NCBI GenBank assembly: GCA_963841145.1
Contig: CAWJBO010000005.1
Span: 213-64,212 of the forward strand
Direction: 5' to 3'
DNA length: 64,000 nt
DNA from: an uncultured Gammaproteobacteria bacterium
GTDB taxonomy: Bacteria; Pseudomonadota; Gammaproteobacteria; Steroidobacterales; Woeseiaceae
Below the pieces are notes generated by a model, which saw only the letters and a list, made by a program, of their open reading frames with translations, did not search any database and was not told where the DNA came from. This document shows, piece after piece, positions 1 to 11,901 of this stretch (its first letter is position 1; each line of letters opens with the position of its first letter). The translations under genes and the position numbers were made by a program.

Positions 1-444
1 CAAGCCTCGGAATCCGGACCAGGTATCCGCGTCAATTGATCCTTCTTCTGCCAGACGAAGCATTTCCTGTAACTGGTAGTAGGTAGACATGTAGTACGCA
101 CTGAATCTTAGTCGTTCGTCACCACGCAGAGCTCCATAGTTCTGTGCACCACGAATGTACAGGCAAGTGAAATCCGGATTGTCGACATGCCTTTCCAATG
201 AACTGATGTAGTTGCTGACCGCTTGCTGGGTGGTCGCCCGAATCTGCGCTTCGCTGTTTTGTCGAATCTCGACTACTACAAACCCAACAGAAACGACCAC
301 TGCGAATGCCGCAACTAGTTCACCAATCTGCAGGATTTTACTGAGTGGCCAATTCACGTAGTTGGTATCCTCAAACAAGGCAAAGTCAATATTTCTGCGA
401 TTAGCATCGCAAAGCACCTTCCACTTTGGGTCAGTAGCTGCCAC
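1..444 (-). CDS. hypothetical membrane protein (partial; 3' end lies beyond the left window edge)
   Basis: My own translation of the minus strand gives an open frame from a candidate GTG at 444 (just after an in-frame TGA) to position 1 (...ILQIGELVAAFAVVVSVGFVVVEIRQNSEAQIR...YYQLQEMLRLAEEGSIDADTWSGFRGL). It has one hydrophobic helix. It is not in the ORF track because its stop is outside the window. No family recognised. Confidence 0.4.
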   Translation of the reverse strand, partial: MAATDPKWKVLCDANRRNIDFALFEDTNYVNWPLSKILQIGELVAAFAVVVSVGFVVVEIRQNSEAQIRATTQQAVSNYISSLERHVDNPDFTCLYIRGAQNYGALRGDERLRFSAYYMSTYYQLQEMLRLAEEGSIDADTWSGFRGL

Positions 445-569
445 TCAGGCTAATCTAAATCCGATGGCGGCTTTCCGGGGCAAAACGGACATTCGAACAA
501 CAGTATTTCAAAGAGACCGCATCGCCAGTGCGGGCTCCCACAAGCCAATTTCGAACGATTGATCGAGTG

Positions 570-1019
570 TTAGCCGTCGGGTGCCTGCTGCCACAACACC
601 TGCACAATCATCCAATTGCCATCGTACTTGGCCAAAGTCATGTAGTCGGATCCCCACCATGCGTACACTTTGGCGACCGCAGTCTGATCAAGGACGTCAA
701 GGACCTCTACACTTTTAGGGGCTTTTTCGTCGGGATAATCACCCGACGCTTTCACTTCTTCGGCGTATGCCAACATCTCGTCGAACGACATTGGAGTACT
801 TTTGTATTTGCCATCTTGTATGTAGAAGCCAAACTTGTGGGCATCCGGGTGAACACTTTGGCGAAGCTTGTCCGTCGAGCCCTCGTAAAAACCTTCCAGG
901 TAATTGAGTGCAGCGCGCTCAACAGCGGCGCGATCATCTGGTGTTTGGGCCAGTGAAATAGTGGAAATCGCGAGCAACCCGATCGAGATGGCAAATTTGT
1001 TAAATCTAGCGATATTCAT
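570..1019 (-). CDS. secreted NTF2-like / putative lumazine-binding family protein
   Basis: Lies within the 177-aa ORF. The internal Met at 1019 gives MNIARFNKFAISIGLLAISTISLAQ, a signal peptide. The mature part (AAVERAALNYLEGFYEGSTDKL...WMIVQVLWQ) looks like a SnoaL/NTF2-like fold. Family assignment is from memory. Confidence 0.65.
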   Translation of the reverse strand: MNIARFNKFAISIGLLAISTISLAQTPDDRAAVERAALNYLEGFYEGSTDKLRQSVHPDAHKFGFYIQDGKYKSTPMSFDEMLAYAEEVKASGDYPDEKAPKSVEVLDVLDQTAVAKVYAWWGSDYMTLAKYDGNWMIVQVLWQQAPDG

Positions 1020-1191
1020 AACAGGGTCTCCATAGTCGTCAATACGAACGATTAGGCTCTCTTTGAAAAATGTCGATGTACGCTTTGGGTTATCAGCCGA
1101 CATTTTACCTCAGATTGTCAGAATGGCGGCTATGCGCGGTGAAGCGGCCATTCTCTCAGAATTTCGATGGGCAGCCGCGAATAGCGAGCAA

Positions 1192-2028
1192 TTACCACTG
1201 CCTTGTCTCTCCAGGCTGTGTGAATATATCCAGACCTTTGAATTCCGGGGGACGGCGGGCCGGGTTGTCAGGCACGCTCTTTTGCACGTGCATGCCGATA
1301 GCATGCTCCGCGTCTACATGCTCATTCACAGCGTTACGTCCCTTTTCCGATAGAAGCAGCCAGACGGGCACCAACGCCAGGTCAGATGAGCGGTCCCGCC
1401 AGTAAGAAGCATGCGCTACGTAATGTTCTCTTCCGGGATCAGCGTCACCCAAGTGCATCACTGTAGCCGCGTTGTCGAGCGTAACTCGAAACACGATGTT
1501 TTCTACGTTGGCGTGGCGATTGGGCCAGCCGCCGTGCGCGATTCGCACCGCTTCAACAAGCAGTCCGTCCATCTCCAGCCGCACCGCTACACTATCGCGC
1601 TCAAGTTTAAGGCCGTGAACACGATCGAGTGAGAGCTCGCCCGGCCCGTCTTCCAGAGCCAGCAACGCATCAACTGCCTGCTGCGGTGCATAGAGGTTGA
1701 CCATGGGCCAACGGCGCAAGAATCTTGAAACAACAGACGGATCGAAATGATCACCGTGATGATGGCTAATGAAGATCGCGTCGATGCCGTCCCACGGCGG
1801 CGTGCCGGCGAAAAGTGCCGCTTCCATTTCCCTCGGCATAAGGTCGTACTGACCGAAGTCGCTTCGGAAAAACGGATCGAATAGTATTTTCGTATCGCCC
1901 TGCTCTATCATCACCCCAGCATTGGCAAGATAGCGAGCGCCCCACGGCCGCTCGTCGCCGGCATAGGTCGCAGTGGACAGTGCCGCGAGAACCACTAGTA
2001 CGTGAATTCGAATCTTCGTCATCTCCAT
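1192..2028 (-). CDS. MBL-fold metallo-hydrolase with signal peptide
   Basis: 278-aa ORF with an N-terminal signal sequence (VLVVLAALSTATYA) and the HxHxDH motif (ISHHHGDHFD) typical of the metallo-beta-lactamase fold. Confidence 0.8.
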   Translation of the reverse strand: MEMTKIRIHVLVVLAALSTATYAGDERPWGARYLANAGVMIEQGDTKILFDPFFRSDFGQYDLMPREMEAALFAGTPPWDGIDAIFISHHHGDHFDPSVVSRFLRRWPMVNLYAPQQAVDALLALEDGPGELSLDRVHGLKLERDSVAVRLEMDGLLVEAVRIAHGGWPNRHANVENIVFRVTLDNAATVMHLGDADPGREHYVAHASYWRDRSSDLALVPVWLLLSEKGRNAVNEHVDAEHAIGMHVQKSVPDNPARRPPEFKGLDIFTQPGETRQW

Positions 2029-2193
2029 ACAAGGTTTTCCAGGTACACCGTTCGTCCTGGACGATTCCGAGAGCTGCAGCGATTGCGGGTGACCGCTTTG
2101 GATCGTTGGCAGCCTACCAATATCATATCAGTCCGATCTGGGCTTTTGGGCGCCGAGCGGTCGATGAGCGCTACGGCGATTGACCAATCGGCT

Positions 2194-2491
2194 TGGTCGG
2201 GGCGAGAAGATGAGCGCTGCGCGCTTGTCGGTCGACTACGTCGACCTCGGCGCGAACCTGGAATCGGTCCGCAATCCCCGCCAGATTTGCCACAAAAAAA
2301 CCCGCTCACTAAAAGTGAGAGCGGGTTCTTTTTGTTAGTAAATGGTCGGGGCGAGAAGATGAGCGCTGCGCGCTTGTCGGTCGACTACGTCGACCTCGGC
2401 GCGAACCTGGAATCGGTCCGCAATCCCCGCCAGATTTGCCACAAAAAAACCCGCTCACTAAAAGTGAGAGCGGGTTCTTTTTGTTAGTAAA
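2194..2491. repeat. two apparently identical 149-bp tandem units, each starting with the last 17 nt of tRNA-Pro and containing its terminator
   Basis: The units at 2194-2342 and 2343-2491 match by eye. Both begin tggtcggggcgagaaga, the same string as the 3' end of the adjacent tRNA-Pro gene at 2492-2508. Confidence 0.9.
2443..2483 (-). terminator. intrinsic terminator downstream of tRNA-Pro (duplicated at 2294-2334)
   Basis: Hairpin cccgctcact-aaaa-gtgagagcggg (2450-2474), flanked by an A-run and a T-run. On the minus strand it reads GC-rich hairpin followed by TTTTTTT. Confidence 0.7.
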
Positions 2492-2568
2492 TGGTCGGGG
2501 CGAGAAGATTCGAACTTCCGACCCCCACAACCCCATTGTGGTGCGCTACCAGGCTGCGCTACGCCCCG
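2492..2568 (-). tRNA. tRNA-Pro (anticodon GGG)
   Basis: The reverse complement, CGGGGCGTAGCGCAGCCTGGTAGCGCACCACAATGGGGTTGTGGGGGTCGGAAGTTCGAATCTTCTCGCCCCGACCA, folds as a cloverleaf. Anticodon loop is AUGGGGU, T-loop is GTTCGAATC, and CCA is encoded. It closely resembles E. coli proL. Confidence 0.95.
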
Positions 2569-2651
2569 ACCGAACTGCAAACGGCGAATCGAAGTCACAT
2601 CTGCAGGGCCGCAATGATACGTGCCGTCGTCGTCTGATGGAAGCCTAGAAT

Positions 2652-3008
2652 TTAGCGGCGCAGTAACTTAAGAACTTGTTCAAGTTCCATGCGTATCTGC
2701 TTGATAATCTGCTGACTTTGAGAGACATCAGTCTTTGCATCGTCGCCCGTCAGGCGCTGGCGCGCCCCGCCGATCGTGAAGCCCTCGTCGTACAGGAGTC
2801 CGCGGATCTGCCGAATGATCAACACATCCTGTCGCTGGTAATAGCGGCGATTACCCCGTCGCTTAACGGGCTTCAGTTGTGGAAACTCCTGCTCCCAGTA
2901 CCTAAGTACGTGCGGCTTGACCGCACAAAGATCGCTGACCTCACCTATGGTGAAGTAACGCTTACCTGGTATTGGAGGGAGTTCGTCGTTATTCCCCGGT
3001 TCCAGCAT
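2652..3008 (-). CDS. MerR family transcriptional regulator
   Basis: 118-aa ORF. N-terminal MerR-type HTH ([25 protein letters not shown]). It occupies the usual position immediately downstream of, and overlapping, ihfA. Confidence 0.85.
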   Translation of the reverse strand: MLEPGNNDELPPIPGKRYFTIGEVSDLCAVKPHVLRYWEQEFPQLKPVKRRGNRRYYQRQDVLIIRQIRGLLYDEGFTIGGARQRLTGDDAKTDVSQSQQIIKQIRMELEQVLKLLRR

Positions 3009-3288
3009 ATGCCTCTACTCGGGCCTTTAGTTTTTGTCCTGGCCGGAAAGTCACCACGCGACGTTCGCTGATTGGAATTTCCTCTCCGGTTTTCGGGTTT
3101 CTGCCTGGACGTTCTTTTTTATCCCGAAGATCAAAATTTCCAAAACCGGAAAGTTTGACCTGCTCCCCAACTGCAAGTGATGCACGCAGTTCTTCAAAGT
3201 ACATGTCGACAAGTTCGCGCGCTTCCCTTTTGTTGAGACCAAGCTCGTTGAACAGCGACTCTGCCATTTCTGCTTTTGTCAGTGCCAT
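2989..3288 (-). CDS. ihfA: integration host factor subunit alpha
   Basis: 99-aa ORF ([13 protein letters not shown]...[26 protein letters not shown]), near-collinear with E. coli IhfA. Located downstream of pheT. Confidence 0.95.
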   Translation of the reverse strand: MALTKAEMAESLFNELGLNKREARELVDMYFEELRASLAVGEQVKLSGFGNFDLRDKKERPGRNPKTGEEIPISERRVVTFRPGQKLKARVEAYAGTGE

Positions 3289-3293
3289 CGGGT

Positions 3294-5672
3294 TTAGTCT
3301 CTTAGTTCTGCAGCGAATTTGTCTTTTAATTTGCTGAGCGCCGCGGCCATCACGACGTCCGCATCTTCGTCAGTAAGGGTGCGGGATGTTTCCTGTAAAA
3401 TCAAGCCTATTGCGACGCTTTTTCGCCCAGCTTCTATACCCGTACCTGTGTAAATGTCAAAAATCCTGACACCTTTGATCAACTTCGGATCCGCGGATGC
3501 AACGGTTTCCACCAGGTCACTCGCCGATATGTTGTCATCCACGATCACCGCAATGTCGCGGCGGATCGCAGGAAACTTGGAGATAGCCGTTGCCACCGGC
3601 GAGGCTGTTGCCAGCGATTTCTCGGCATCCAGTTCAAAGAGATAAACCGGTCGCTTCAGGTCATAGCGTTTTGCGAGACTTGGGTGCAGTTTCCCAACTA
3701 CGCCAATTGCTTCACCGTTGCGGCGAATTTCCGCGGCCTGGCCCGCTTGCAGCGCGACGTGCGTTACCGGCACGAAGCTCAGCTCGCTCGCATCAGCGCC
3801 AAGCAAGAGCAAAACCTCTACATCGGCCTTTATGTCAAAGAAGTCCGCGTTCTCGCCCTTGCTGCTCCACTGCTCCGGTGCAACAGGGCCAGTAACCAGT
3901 CCCGCGATACGGACGACTTCCGAGTGATCGCCAACGCGACCGTGAAAGGACTTGCTGGCCTCGAAAATTCTGACCCTGTCCTGCTGACGGGCAACGTTTG
4001 CCGATGCCGCAGCGACCATTCCTGGCCACAGCGATGCGCGCATCACGGACATCTCGGAAGAGATCGGGTTGCTCAGAACCAGATCGGATTCGTTGCCGGT
4101 GAATGCCTTGTTCGCCTCCGCATCGATGAAGCTGTATGTAACGACTTCCTGATAGTCACGAGCGATCAGGACCTCAGCAGCACGCTCCAGTTCGATGCGG
4201 GTCTCGGTGACGGTCTCGAGCGGCGCCTGCGCAAATGCGGTTGTCTCGGGAATGGAATCGTAACCATGTATGCGCGCCACTTCCTCGATAAGGTCGGCTT
4301 CAATAGATATATCGAAGCGGTGACTCGGCGGCGTTACGTTCCAGTCGTCGCCAACGATCTCTACGTCCAGCTCCAGTCCCTGGAGAATCGTTGTTACCGT
4401 CTCTTTATCAACCTCAAGTCCGAGCAGGCGCGTCAGCCTGTCTTTGCGCAGGAGAATCGCGCTACGCTGCGGTAAGTATTCTTCGGCTGACTCCACGACC
4501 AGTGGTCCGGCTTCGCCACCGGAGATCTCCAGCAACAGCTGCGTTGCGCGTTCGACCGCGCGGCCCTGCCCGTCCGGATCCACGCCCCGCTCGAATCGCA
4601 GGGATGCATCTGTGTGCATTCCGTAGGCGCGAGCCCGGCCAGCCATGAAATCGGGCGGCCAGTACGCAGCCTCGAAGAACACGTCGGTCGTATCGTCAGA
4701 CACCGCAGTGCTCAGCCCGCCCATGATGCCGGCCATGCCGATGGGGCCGCTATCGTCAGTAATGATCAGCGTGTCGTTGTTCAGTGCCAGCTCTTTGCCG
4801 TCGAGCAACGTGACCCGCTCGCCGGCCTTTGCAAGGCGCGGTCGAATCGGCCCGTTGAGGCGCTGGCCGTCATACGCGTGCAACGGCTGCCCCAGCTCCA
4901 GCATGACGTAGTTTGTTATGTCCACGACCGGCGAAATAGCACGCAATCCGGCTCGACGGAGTCGTTCCGTCATCCAGACGGGGGATTGGGCATCGGGACG
5001 CATACCACGAATAAGGCGCCCTGCAAATCTCGGGCAACCCGCTGGTTCAACCAGCTCGACAGGCTGCACATCCTTGATGGTTGCCGCGACCGGCTCCAAT
5101 ACCGCCGACTTCAGCGCGGCACCAGTCAGTGCCGACACGTCGCGGGCGATTCCGAGCACGCTGAAACAGTCGCCACGATTTGGCGTCAGGTCGAGATCGA
5201 TGACGGCGTCCGGCAAAGCCAGGAAATCCACCAGGCTCGAACCCACCGGCGCGTCCTCGGGCAACTCAATGATGCCGTCCGACTCATCGCCCAGTCCAAG
5301 CTCCGTCGCTGAACACAGCATACCGTTGGAGATCACGCCACGAATCTTGGACTTACGAAGCTTCAGGCCGTTTGGCAGCTTCGTTCCGGGTTTCGCCAGC
5401 GGGCTTTTCATGCCTTTCTTGACGTTGGGAGCACCGCAAACCACGTCGACAACGTCGCCGCTGCCGTCAGACACCTTGCAAACGCTGAGTCGATCGGCGT
5501 CAGGGTGTTTGCCGCACTCGATTACCTCGGCAATTACAACCGCAGCGATACCATCGCCCTCTATCGTAATACCGTCGACTTCGTGGCCAAGCATCGTGAG
5601 CTGGTGGCCCAGCGCCGCCGTATCGAGCTCGGGATCAACCCATTCGCGTAACCAGGATTCTGCAATCTTCAT
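3294..5672 (-). CDS. pheT: phenylalanine--tRNA ligase beta subunit
   Basis: 792-aa ORF with an N-terminal tRNA-binding domain, B3/4 and B5 regions and a C-terminal FDX-ACB region. Lies in pheS-pheT synteny. Confidence 0.97.
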   Translation of the reverse strand: MKIAESWLREWVDPELDTAALGHQLTMLGHEVDGITIEGDGIAAVVIAEVIECGKHPDADRLSVCKVSDGSGDVVDVVCGAPNVKKGMKSPLAKPGTKLPNGLKLRKSKIRGVISNGMLCSATELGLGDESDGIIELPEDAPVGSSLVDFLALPDAVIDLDLTPNRGDCFSVLGIARDVSALTGAALKSAVLEPVAATIKDVQPVELVEPAGCPRFAGRLIRGMRPDAQSPVWMTERLRRAGLRAISPVVDITNYVMLELGQPLHAYDGQRLNGPIRPRLAKAGERVTLLDGKELALNNDTLIITDDSGPIGMAGIMGGLSTAVSDDTTDVFFEAAYWPPDFMAGRARAYGMHTDASLRFERGVDPDGQGRAVERATQLLLEISGGEAGPLVVESAEEYLPQRSAILLRKDRLTRLLGLEVDKETVTTILQGLELDVEIVGDDWNVTPPSHRFDISIEADLIEEVARIHGYDSIPETTAFAQAPLETVTETRIELERAAEVLIARDYQEVVTYSFIDAEANKAFTGNESDLVLSNPISSEMSVMRASLWPGMVAAASANVARQQDRVRIFEASKSFHGRVGDHSEVVRIAGLVTGPVAPEQWSSKGENADFFDIKADVEVLLLLGADASELSFVPVTHVALQAGQAAEIRRNGEAIGVVGKLHPSLAKRYDLKRPVYLFELDAEKSLATASPVATAISKFPAIRRDIAVIVDDNISASDLVETVASADPKLIKGVRIFDIYTGTGIEAGRKSVAIGLILQETSRTLTDEDADVVMAAALSKLKDKFAAELRD

Positions 5673-5677
5673 CGCGC

Positions 5678-6712
<1,035 letters not shown>

Positions 6713-7081
6713 TTAACCAGTCGCTTGCTCGAGACCGGCTTTGGCAGCCTCCGCAATCGCACCAAAAGCCTCGGGATCGTGCACCGCGATATCGGCGAGT
6801 ACCTTGCGGTCCACTTCGATATTGGCACGATTCAGGCCATTGATGAGACGGCTGTAGGAGAGGTCGTGCAGACGAGCCGCCGCATTGATTCGAGCAATCC
6901 ATAGCGCTCGAAACTGACGCTTGCGCTGACGACGATCGCGGTACGCGTACTGACCCGCTTTGATGACCGCCTGCTTGGCGGTCTTGAATAATTTGCTGCG
7001 CGCGCCGTAGTAGCCCTTCGCTTTACCGAGGACTTTCTTATGGCGGGCTTTGGCGGTAACGCCATTCTTGACTCTGGCCAT
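6713..7081 (-). CDS. rplT: 50S ribosomal protein L20
   Basis: 122-aa ORF ([18 protein letters not shown]...[16 protein letters not shown]). Confidence 0.97.
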   Translation of the reverse strand: MARVKNGVTAKARHKKVLGKAKGYYGARSKLFKTAKQAVIKAGQYAYRDRRQRKRQFRALWIARINAAARLHDLSYSRLINGLNRANIEVDRKVLADIAVHDPEAFGAIAEAAKAGLEQATG

Positions 7082-7095
7082 TTCTCAATCTCCTC

Positions 7096-7293
7096 TTAGC
7101 TGTAGGGAAGCATGCGCTTCACGGCCTTAACATCGGCATCTGCGACCTGTAGGGTCGAACCGAGCTGGCGTTTACGCTTGGACTTCTTCTTGGTAAGAAT
7201 GTGATTGAGATGGGACTGGGAGCGCTTGAAGCCGCCCTTGCCCGTCTTGCTGAAGCGCTTCGCGGCGCCTCGATTGGTTTTCATCTTAGACAT
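7096..7293 (-). CDS. rpmI: 50S ribosomal protein L35
   Basis: 65-aa ORF ([24 protein letters not shown]). Confidence 0.95.
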   Translation of the reverse strand: MSKMKTNRGAAKRFSKTGKGGFKRSQSHLNHILTKKKSKRKRQLGSTLQVADADVKAVKRMLPYS

Positions 7294-7416
7294 GTTTTAC
7301 TCACTTTTTAGCCATGCCACGTACCGGGTTATTCCGGCCGCTGCAGGCGGGTAGAGCCTTTATGGTTGTCACACCGTCAGGCTATTACTCACTTTTTCTG
7401 GTGGTCGATGTCGAAC

Positions 7417-7977
7417 CTAGTGCTTCCTGGGCGCGATCACCATGACCATTTGGCGTCCTTCCAATTGCGGCATCTGTTCCACAGAGCCGTATTCTTCCAG
7501 GTCGTCCCGCACCCGTGCCAGCAGTTGTGCGCCCAATTCCTTGTGCGCCATCTCCCGACCTCTGAATCTCAACGTGACTTTTGTTTTGTCACCGTCTTCA
7601 AGAAAAGCTATCAGCTTCTTGAGCTTGATCTTGTAATCGCCGTCCTCTGTTCCAGGACGGAATTTGATCTCTTTAACATGAACCTGTTTCTGCTTGCGCT
7701 TCGCCGACTGGTTTTTCTTGTTTTGCTCAAACAAGTACTTACCGAAGTCCATAATTCGGCAAACCGGAGGTTCGGCCATCGGTGACACTTCGACGAGGTC
7801 CAGGCTCTCTTCCTTGGCCAGTTCAATCGCCGCGGCGAGACCCATGACCCCTGCCTGCTCACCATCGGACTGAATAACTCGTACCTCGGTGGCCTCAATT
7901 TCTTCGTTGCGTCTTACTCGCTTTGTGGCTGCGATACCAAAATCCTCCAGAAACCCATCGGTTCCCGCTTGTTTCAA
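7417..7977 (-). CDS. infC: translation initiation factor IF-3
   Basis: The ORF is collinear with E. coli IF3 (...[16 protein letters not shown]...[17 protein letters not shown]...[10 protein letters not shown]). The track start at 7977 is TTG. IF3 genes normally use an atypical AUU/AUC-type start, and an in-frame ATC at 7935 is an alternative, so the 5' end is uncertain. Confidence 0.85.
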   Translation of the reverse strand: MKQAGTDGFLEDFGIAATKRVRRNEEIEATEVRVIQSDGEQAGVMGLAAAIELAKEESLDLVEVSPMAEPPVCRIMDFGKYLFEQNKKNQSAKRKQKQVHVKEIKFRPGTEDGDYKIKLKKLIAFLEDGDKTKVTLRFRGREMAHKELGAQLLARVRDDLEEYGSVEQMPQLEGRQMVMVIAPRKH

Positions 7978-8131
7978 ACCACGGCAAAACGCCGCAACGC
8001 CAGCGGGAACGAGATTCTATATAGCCGAATGCAAAGAAACAACTGCCGAAACGGCCATTTCTTCAAAAAAATCAGGTGTTTTGTGGCCCGAGAGCCACAT
8101 TTTCGCTGACCCGGTTGGCCGTGGCAGGAAT

Positions 8132-8206
8132 TGGTGGGCGATGGTGGTCTCGAACCACCGACCTCCACGATGTCAACGTGGCGCTCTACCCCTGAGCTAA
8201 TCGCCC
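8132..8206 (-). tRNA. tRNA-Val (anticodon GAC)
   Basis: The reverse complement, GGGCGATTAGCTCAGGGGTAGAGCGCCACGTTGACATCGTGGAGGTCGGTGGTTCGAGACCACCATCGCCCACCA, folds as a cloverleaf. Anticodon loop is UUGACAU and CCA is encoded. Confidence 0.93.
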
Positions 8207-8305
8207 AATCCGACTGTCTGTGCCTTCGTTCTTATGCCCCTGAGCTAATCGCCCAATCCGCTTGTCTGTGCCTTCGTTCTTATGCCCCTGAGCGAATCGC
8301 GCGTC
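8189..8305. repeat. 48-bp tandem repeat (2 full units plus a partial one) that reiterates the first ~18 nt of tRNA-Val and its 30-nt upstream flank
   Basis: Unit cccctgagctaatcgcccaatccgactgtctgtgccttcgttcttatg at 8189-8236. It repeats at 8237-8284 with 2 mismatches, and a degenerate start (cccctgagcgaatcgcgcg) follows at 8285. Confidence 0.85.
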
Positions 8306-8408
8306 AATTCGACCTGCCGATGCACTCGGCCCGGGTGCTGGCTTCACGCCTGCCCTGAGCGAAGGGAGCCGTAAGATACTGAAGCATCAGCCCTTCTGCA
8401 AGGCCTTC

Positions 8409-10475
8409 TCAGCCGGCCTTTTGATCGGTCAGGCCTAAACCATGATCGCGCACGATCTGGATCTCGTCCCGGAGCCTCGCCGCCTCCTCGAATTCGAGAT
8501 CCCGGGCGTGTTTGAGCATCTGTTTCTCAAGCTTCGCCGCTCGCTTCATCAGCTGTTGAGACGTCATCAATTCATAGCGCGGCGTGTCGTCGGCTACCTT
8601 GCGGCGACCTTTCTGCGGCGCCGGATAGGCAGCCTCCATGATGTCGGATACCTGCTTGACGATGGTTGCGGGAGTAATATTGTGCTCGGCATTGAACGCG
8701 AGTTGCGTTTCGCGTCGACGACCGGTCTCCTCGAGCGCTCTCTGCATGGAACCGGTTATCTTGTCCGCATACAGAATCGCCTTGCCGTTCACGTTGCGCG
8801 CCGCCCGCCCGATCGTCTGGATCAGGGACCGATCGGACCTGAGGAAGCCCTCCTTGTCCGCGTCGAGGATCGCTACCAGCGACACCTCCGGCATGTCCAG
8901 GCCCTCGCGCAGCAGATTGATCCCGACCAGCACATCGAATGCGCCCAACCGAAGGTCGCGAATGATCTCGGTGCGCTCGACCGTGGCGATGTCCGAATGC
9001 AGGTAGCGGACCCGAACACCATGCTCCCTGAGGTAATCAGTCAGATCCTCCGCCATGCGTTTCGTTAGCGTCGTGATCAGGACGCGCTCGTTGTCGGCGA
9101 CGCGCAGGGAGATTTCCGACAACACGTCGTCTACCTGTGTTTTTGCGGGCCGAATCTCGACGGTCGGGTCGATGAGACCCGTCGGCCTGACAAGTTGTTC
9201 CACGACATTGTCGGCATGTTGGTTCTCGTACTTGCCTGGTGTCGCGGAGACATAAATAGTCTGCGGCGAATGAGCCTCAAATTCATCAAACCGGAGTGGC
9301 CGGTTATCAAGCGCCGACGGCAATCTGAAGCCGTGCTCCACCAGTGTCTCTTTGCGCGAGCGGTCACCTTTGTACATACCGCCGAGCTGCGGCACCGTCA
9401 CGTGGCTTTCGTCGATAATGAGCACCGCATTATCAGGCACGTAGTCGAACAGGCACGGCGGCGGCTCGCCAACATTACGCCCGGATAAATAGCGGGAGTA
9501 ATTCTCGATCCCTGAGCAATAGCCCAGCTCCCTGATCATCTCTAAATCAAATAAAGTTCTTTGTTCAAGTCTCTGAGCTTCAAGGAGTTTATTGTTCTTA
9601 CGCAGATACTCCAGACGCTCCTTCAGCTCTACCTTGATCAGGTCACAGGCTTCCAGCAGGCGCTCCCGAGGGGTGACGTAATGTGTCTTGGGGAAGACCG
9701 TCAGGCGCGCGACGCGTCGCACGACCTCGCCCGTCAGCGGGTCGAAATACGACAACGACTCAATCTCGTCGTCGAACAATTCGATGCGGACCGCGTCGCG
9801 GTCTGAATCCGCCGGGAAAATATCGATGACGTCTCCACGAACGCGGTAGGTGCCATGCGAGAAGTCGAGTTCGTTTCGCTGGTACTGGAGCTCGGCAAGG
9901 CGACGCAGGATCGAGCGCTGGTCGATACGGTCGCCGCGCACCAGGTGCAGCACCATGCTGAAGTAGGCCTCGGGATCGCCGAGGCCATAAATGGCGGATA
10001 CCGTGGCTACGATGATTACGTCCGGTCGTTCGATCAGCGCCTTGGTTGCGGACAGCCGCATTTGCTCGATGTGCTCGTTGATCGAGGCGTCTTTCTCGAT
10101 GAACGTGTCGGAGCTGGGAACGTAGGCTTCCGGCTGGTAGTAATCGTAGTACGACACGAAGTACTCCACCGCGTTCTGCGGGAAAAATTCCCGCATTTCC
10201 CCGTAGAGCTGAGCCGCCAATGTCTTGTTCGGTGCGAGAATGATGGCCGGGCGTTGCAAACGCTCGAGTACGCTGGCCACGGTAAAGGTCTTGCCCGAGC
10301 CGGTGACACCCAGCAGCGTCTGGCGAGCGAGTCCATCCTCGAGGCCCTCGCACAATCCTTGGATCGCGGCACCCTGGTGCCCGGCCGGTTCAAAATCGGA
10401 CACCAGTGTGAGGCGATCGCGCTCCTCAGTTTGTTTGTTGGGAAGGCTTTTGCTTTCACGTACCATGAGCATCAA
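8409..10475 (-). CDS. uvrB: excinuclease ABC subunit B
   Basis: 688-aa ORF collinear with E. coli UvrB: [10 protein letters not shown] Walker [24 protein letters not shown], and a C-terminal UVR domain ([13 protein letters not shown]). The exact Met among MMLM is uncertain. Confidence 0.97.
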   Translation of the reverse strand: MMLMVRESKSLPNKQTEERDRLTLVSDFEPAGHQGAAIQGLCEGLEDGLARQTLLGVTGSGKTFTVASVLERLQRPAIILAPNKTLAAQLYGEMREFFPQNAVEYFVSYYDYYQPEAYVPSSDTFIEKDASINEHIEQMRLSATKALIERPDVIIVATVSAIYGLGDPEAYFSMVLHLVRGDRIDQRSILRRLAELQYQRNELDFSHGTYRVRGDVIDIFPADSDRDAVRIELFDDEIESLSYFDPLTGEVVRRVARLTVFPKTHYVTPRERLLEACDLIKVELKERLEYLRKNNKLLEAQRLEQRTLFDLEMIRELGYCSGIENYSRYLSGRNVGEPPPCLFDYVPDNAVLIIDESHVTVPQLGGMYKGDRSRKETLVEHGFRLPSALDNRPLRFDEFEAHSPQTIYVSATPGKYENQHADNVVEQLVRPTGLIDPTVEIRPAKTQVDDVLSEISLRVADNERVLITTLTKRMAEDLTDYLREHGVRVRYLHSDIATVERTEIIRDLRLGAFDVLVGINLLREGLDMPEVSLVAILDADKEGFLRSDRSLIQTIGRAARNVNGKAILYADKITGSMQRALEETGRRRETQLAFNAEHNITPATIVKQVSDIMEAAYPAPQKGRRKVADDTPRYELMTSQQLMKRAAKLEKQMLKHARDLEFEEAARLRDEIQIVRDHGLGLTDQKAG

Positions 10476-10492
10476 TCTATCGGAGGCAACAA

Positions 10493-11677
10493 GTGAGTTT
10501 ATCAGTTTCCAAACGGATGGCGGCCGTCCGGCCGTCCCCTACCGGCGCCGTGCTCGCGCTCGCCACCGAATTACGCGCCGCCGGCCGTGACATTCTCAGT
10601 CTCGGCACGGGCGAGCCCGACTTCGATACGCCTCAACACATCAAGGATGCCGCGATCGCTGCGATCGGCGCCGGCCAGACCAAGTACACGCCGATCGACG
10701 GCACAGCGACGCTGAAAGCGGCGATTCAGCGCAAATTTGCGCGCGACAATCAGCTCGACTATGCGCCCGACGAGATTCTCGTCACGAGCGGCGCAAAGCA
10801 GGCACTGTTTAATCTGTGTATCGCGCTGCTCGGACCCGGCGATGAGGCAATAATTCCCGCCCCATACTGGGTCTCGTACCCGGACATGGTGCGATTGGCA
10901 GGTGCTGAGCCGGTCGCCGTGTCTGCAGGAATTGAGCGTGACTTCAAGATTACGGCGGAACAGCTGGAGACCGCTATTACGAAGAACACGAAACTGTTCA
11001 TCCTCAATAGCCCATCGAATCCGACAGGTGCAAGCTATACCCGGGCGGAGCTGGCGGCGCTCGGGGAGGTGCTTCAACAGCACCCCTCCATCGTCACGGT
11101 GTCGGACGATATCTACGAACACATCCACTGGGCCGACGAGCCGTTCAGCAGTTTCGCCACGGCCTGCGCGAATCTCCGTGACCGCGTCGTGACCACCAAC
11201 GGGGTCTCCAAGGCCTATGCCATGACCGGCTGGAGGATCGGCTGGGCCGCCGGACCTAAATGGCTTATCGAGGCCATGAGGACCGTACAGAGTCAAAGTA
11301 CCTCCAATGCCTGTAGCATCTCGCAGGCGGCCGCCGAAGCCGCTCTGGATGGCGATCAATCGGTAGTAGCGGAGATGACTGCTGCCTATAAGGCACGACA
11401 CGACTTCCTTGTCGCGGCGCTAAATGACATCGAGGGCTTTGACTGCCGGGCGGGTGAAGGCACCTTCTACGCATTTCCCAGGGTAGCCGGCGCCATGGCG
11501 CGCCTCGGCATGGAAACCGACATCGAACTCACGGAAAGGCTGCTTGGCAAGGCGGACATTGCCTGCGTCCCGGGCTCAGCCTTCGGCGCACCGGACTACC
11601 TGCGCCTGTCGTTTGCCTGCTCGATGGAATCGCTTGAGGATGCAGTTAATCGCATAAAACGCGGCCTTGCAGCTTGA
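10493..11677 (+). CDS. pyridoxal phosphate-dependent aminotransferase (aspartate/aromatic class I)
   Basis: 394-aa ORF with a GTG start. Carries the class I aminotransferase signature around the PLP lysine ([16 protein letters not shown]). Confidence 0.9.
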   Translation: MSLSVSKRMAAVRPSPTGAVLALATELRAAGRDILSLGTGEPDFDTPQHIKDAAIAAIGAGQTKYTPIDGTATLKAAIQRKFARDNQLDYAPDEILVTSGAKQALFNLCIALLGPGDEAIIPAPYWVSYPDMVRLAGAEPVAVSAGIERDFKITAEQLETAITKNTKLFILNSPSNPTGASYTRAELAALGEVLQQHPSIVTVSDDIYEHIHWADEPFSSFATACANLRDRVVTTNGVSKAYAMTGWRIGWAAGPKWLIEAMRTVQSQSTSNACSISQAAAEAALDGDQSVVAEMTAAYKARHDFLVAALNDIEGFDCRAGEGTFYAFPRVAGAMARLGMETDIELTERLLGKADIACVPGSAFGAPDYLRLSFACSMESLEDAVNRIKRGLAA

Positions 11678-11732
11678 CTTCAGCCGGGTGCTGGTCGAAA
11701 ATTCCGGCCCGCATCAAGTGGTGCTGGATTAT

Positions 11733-11808
11733 TCCCCGATAGCTCAGTTGGTAGAGCGTCTGACTGTTAATCAGAATGTCCGTGGTTCGAGTCCGCGTCG
11801 GGGAGCCA
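11733..11808 (+). tRNA. tRNA-Asn (anticodon GTT)
   Basis: TCCCCGATAGCTCAGTTGGTAGAGCGTCTGACTGTTAATCAGAATGTCCGTGGTTCGAGTCCGCGTCGGGGAGCCA folds as a cloverleaf. Anticodon loop is CUGUUAA. It resembles E. coli asnT. Confidence 0.95.
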
Positions 11809-11816
11809 GATTAATG

Positions 11817-11847
11817 AAAAGGGCCTTCAATGAAGGCCCTTTTTTTG
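11817..11847 (+). terminator. intrinsic terminator after tRNA-Asn
   Basis: Hairpin gggccttca-a-tgaaggccc followed by TTTTTTT. Confidence 0.8.
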
Positions 11848-11901
11848 TTGGCTGCTTTGCTGGCGCAATCGCAGCGCAGCGACGGTTCGCCCTGCCCACC
11901 G

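Noticed and set aside
2002-2536. ORFs of 161, 96 and 75 aa spanning the tRNA-Pro repeats
   Set aside because: Their repeated peptide segments merely mirror the 149-bp DNA duplication. They overlap a tRNA and its terminators and show no coding features.
2194-2568. Genomic island integrated at tRNA-Pro
   Set aside because: Direct repeats of the tRNA 3' end are present, but only 132 bp of duplicated terminator sequence lies between them, and there is no integrase or cargo. It is reported as a tandem duplication or scar, not as a mobile element.
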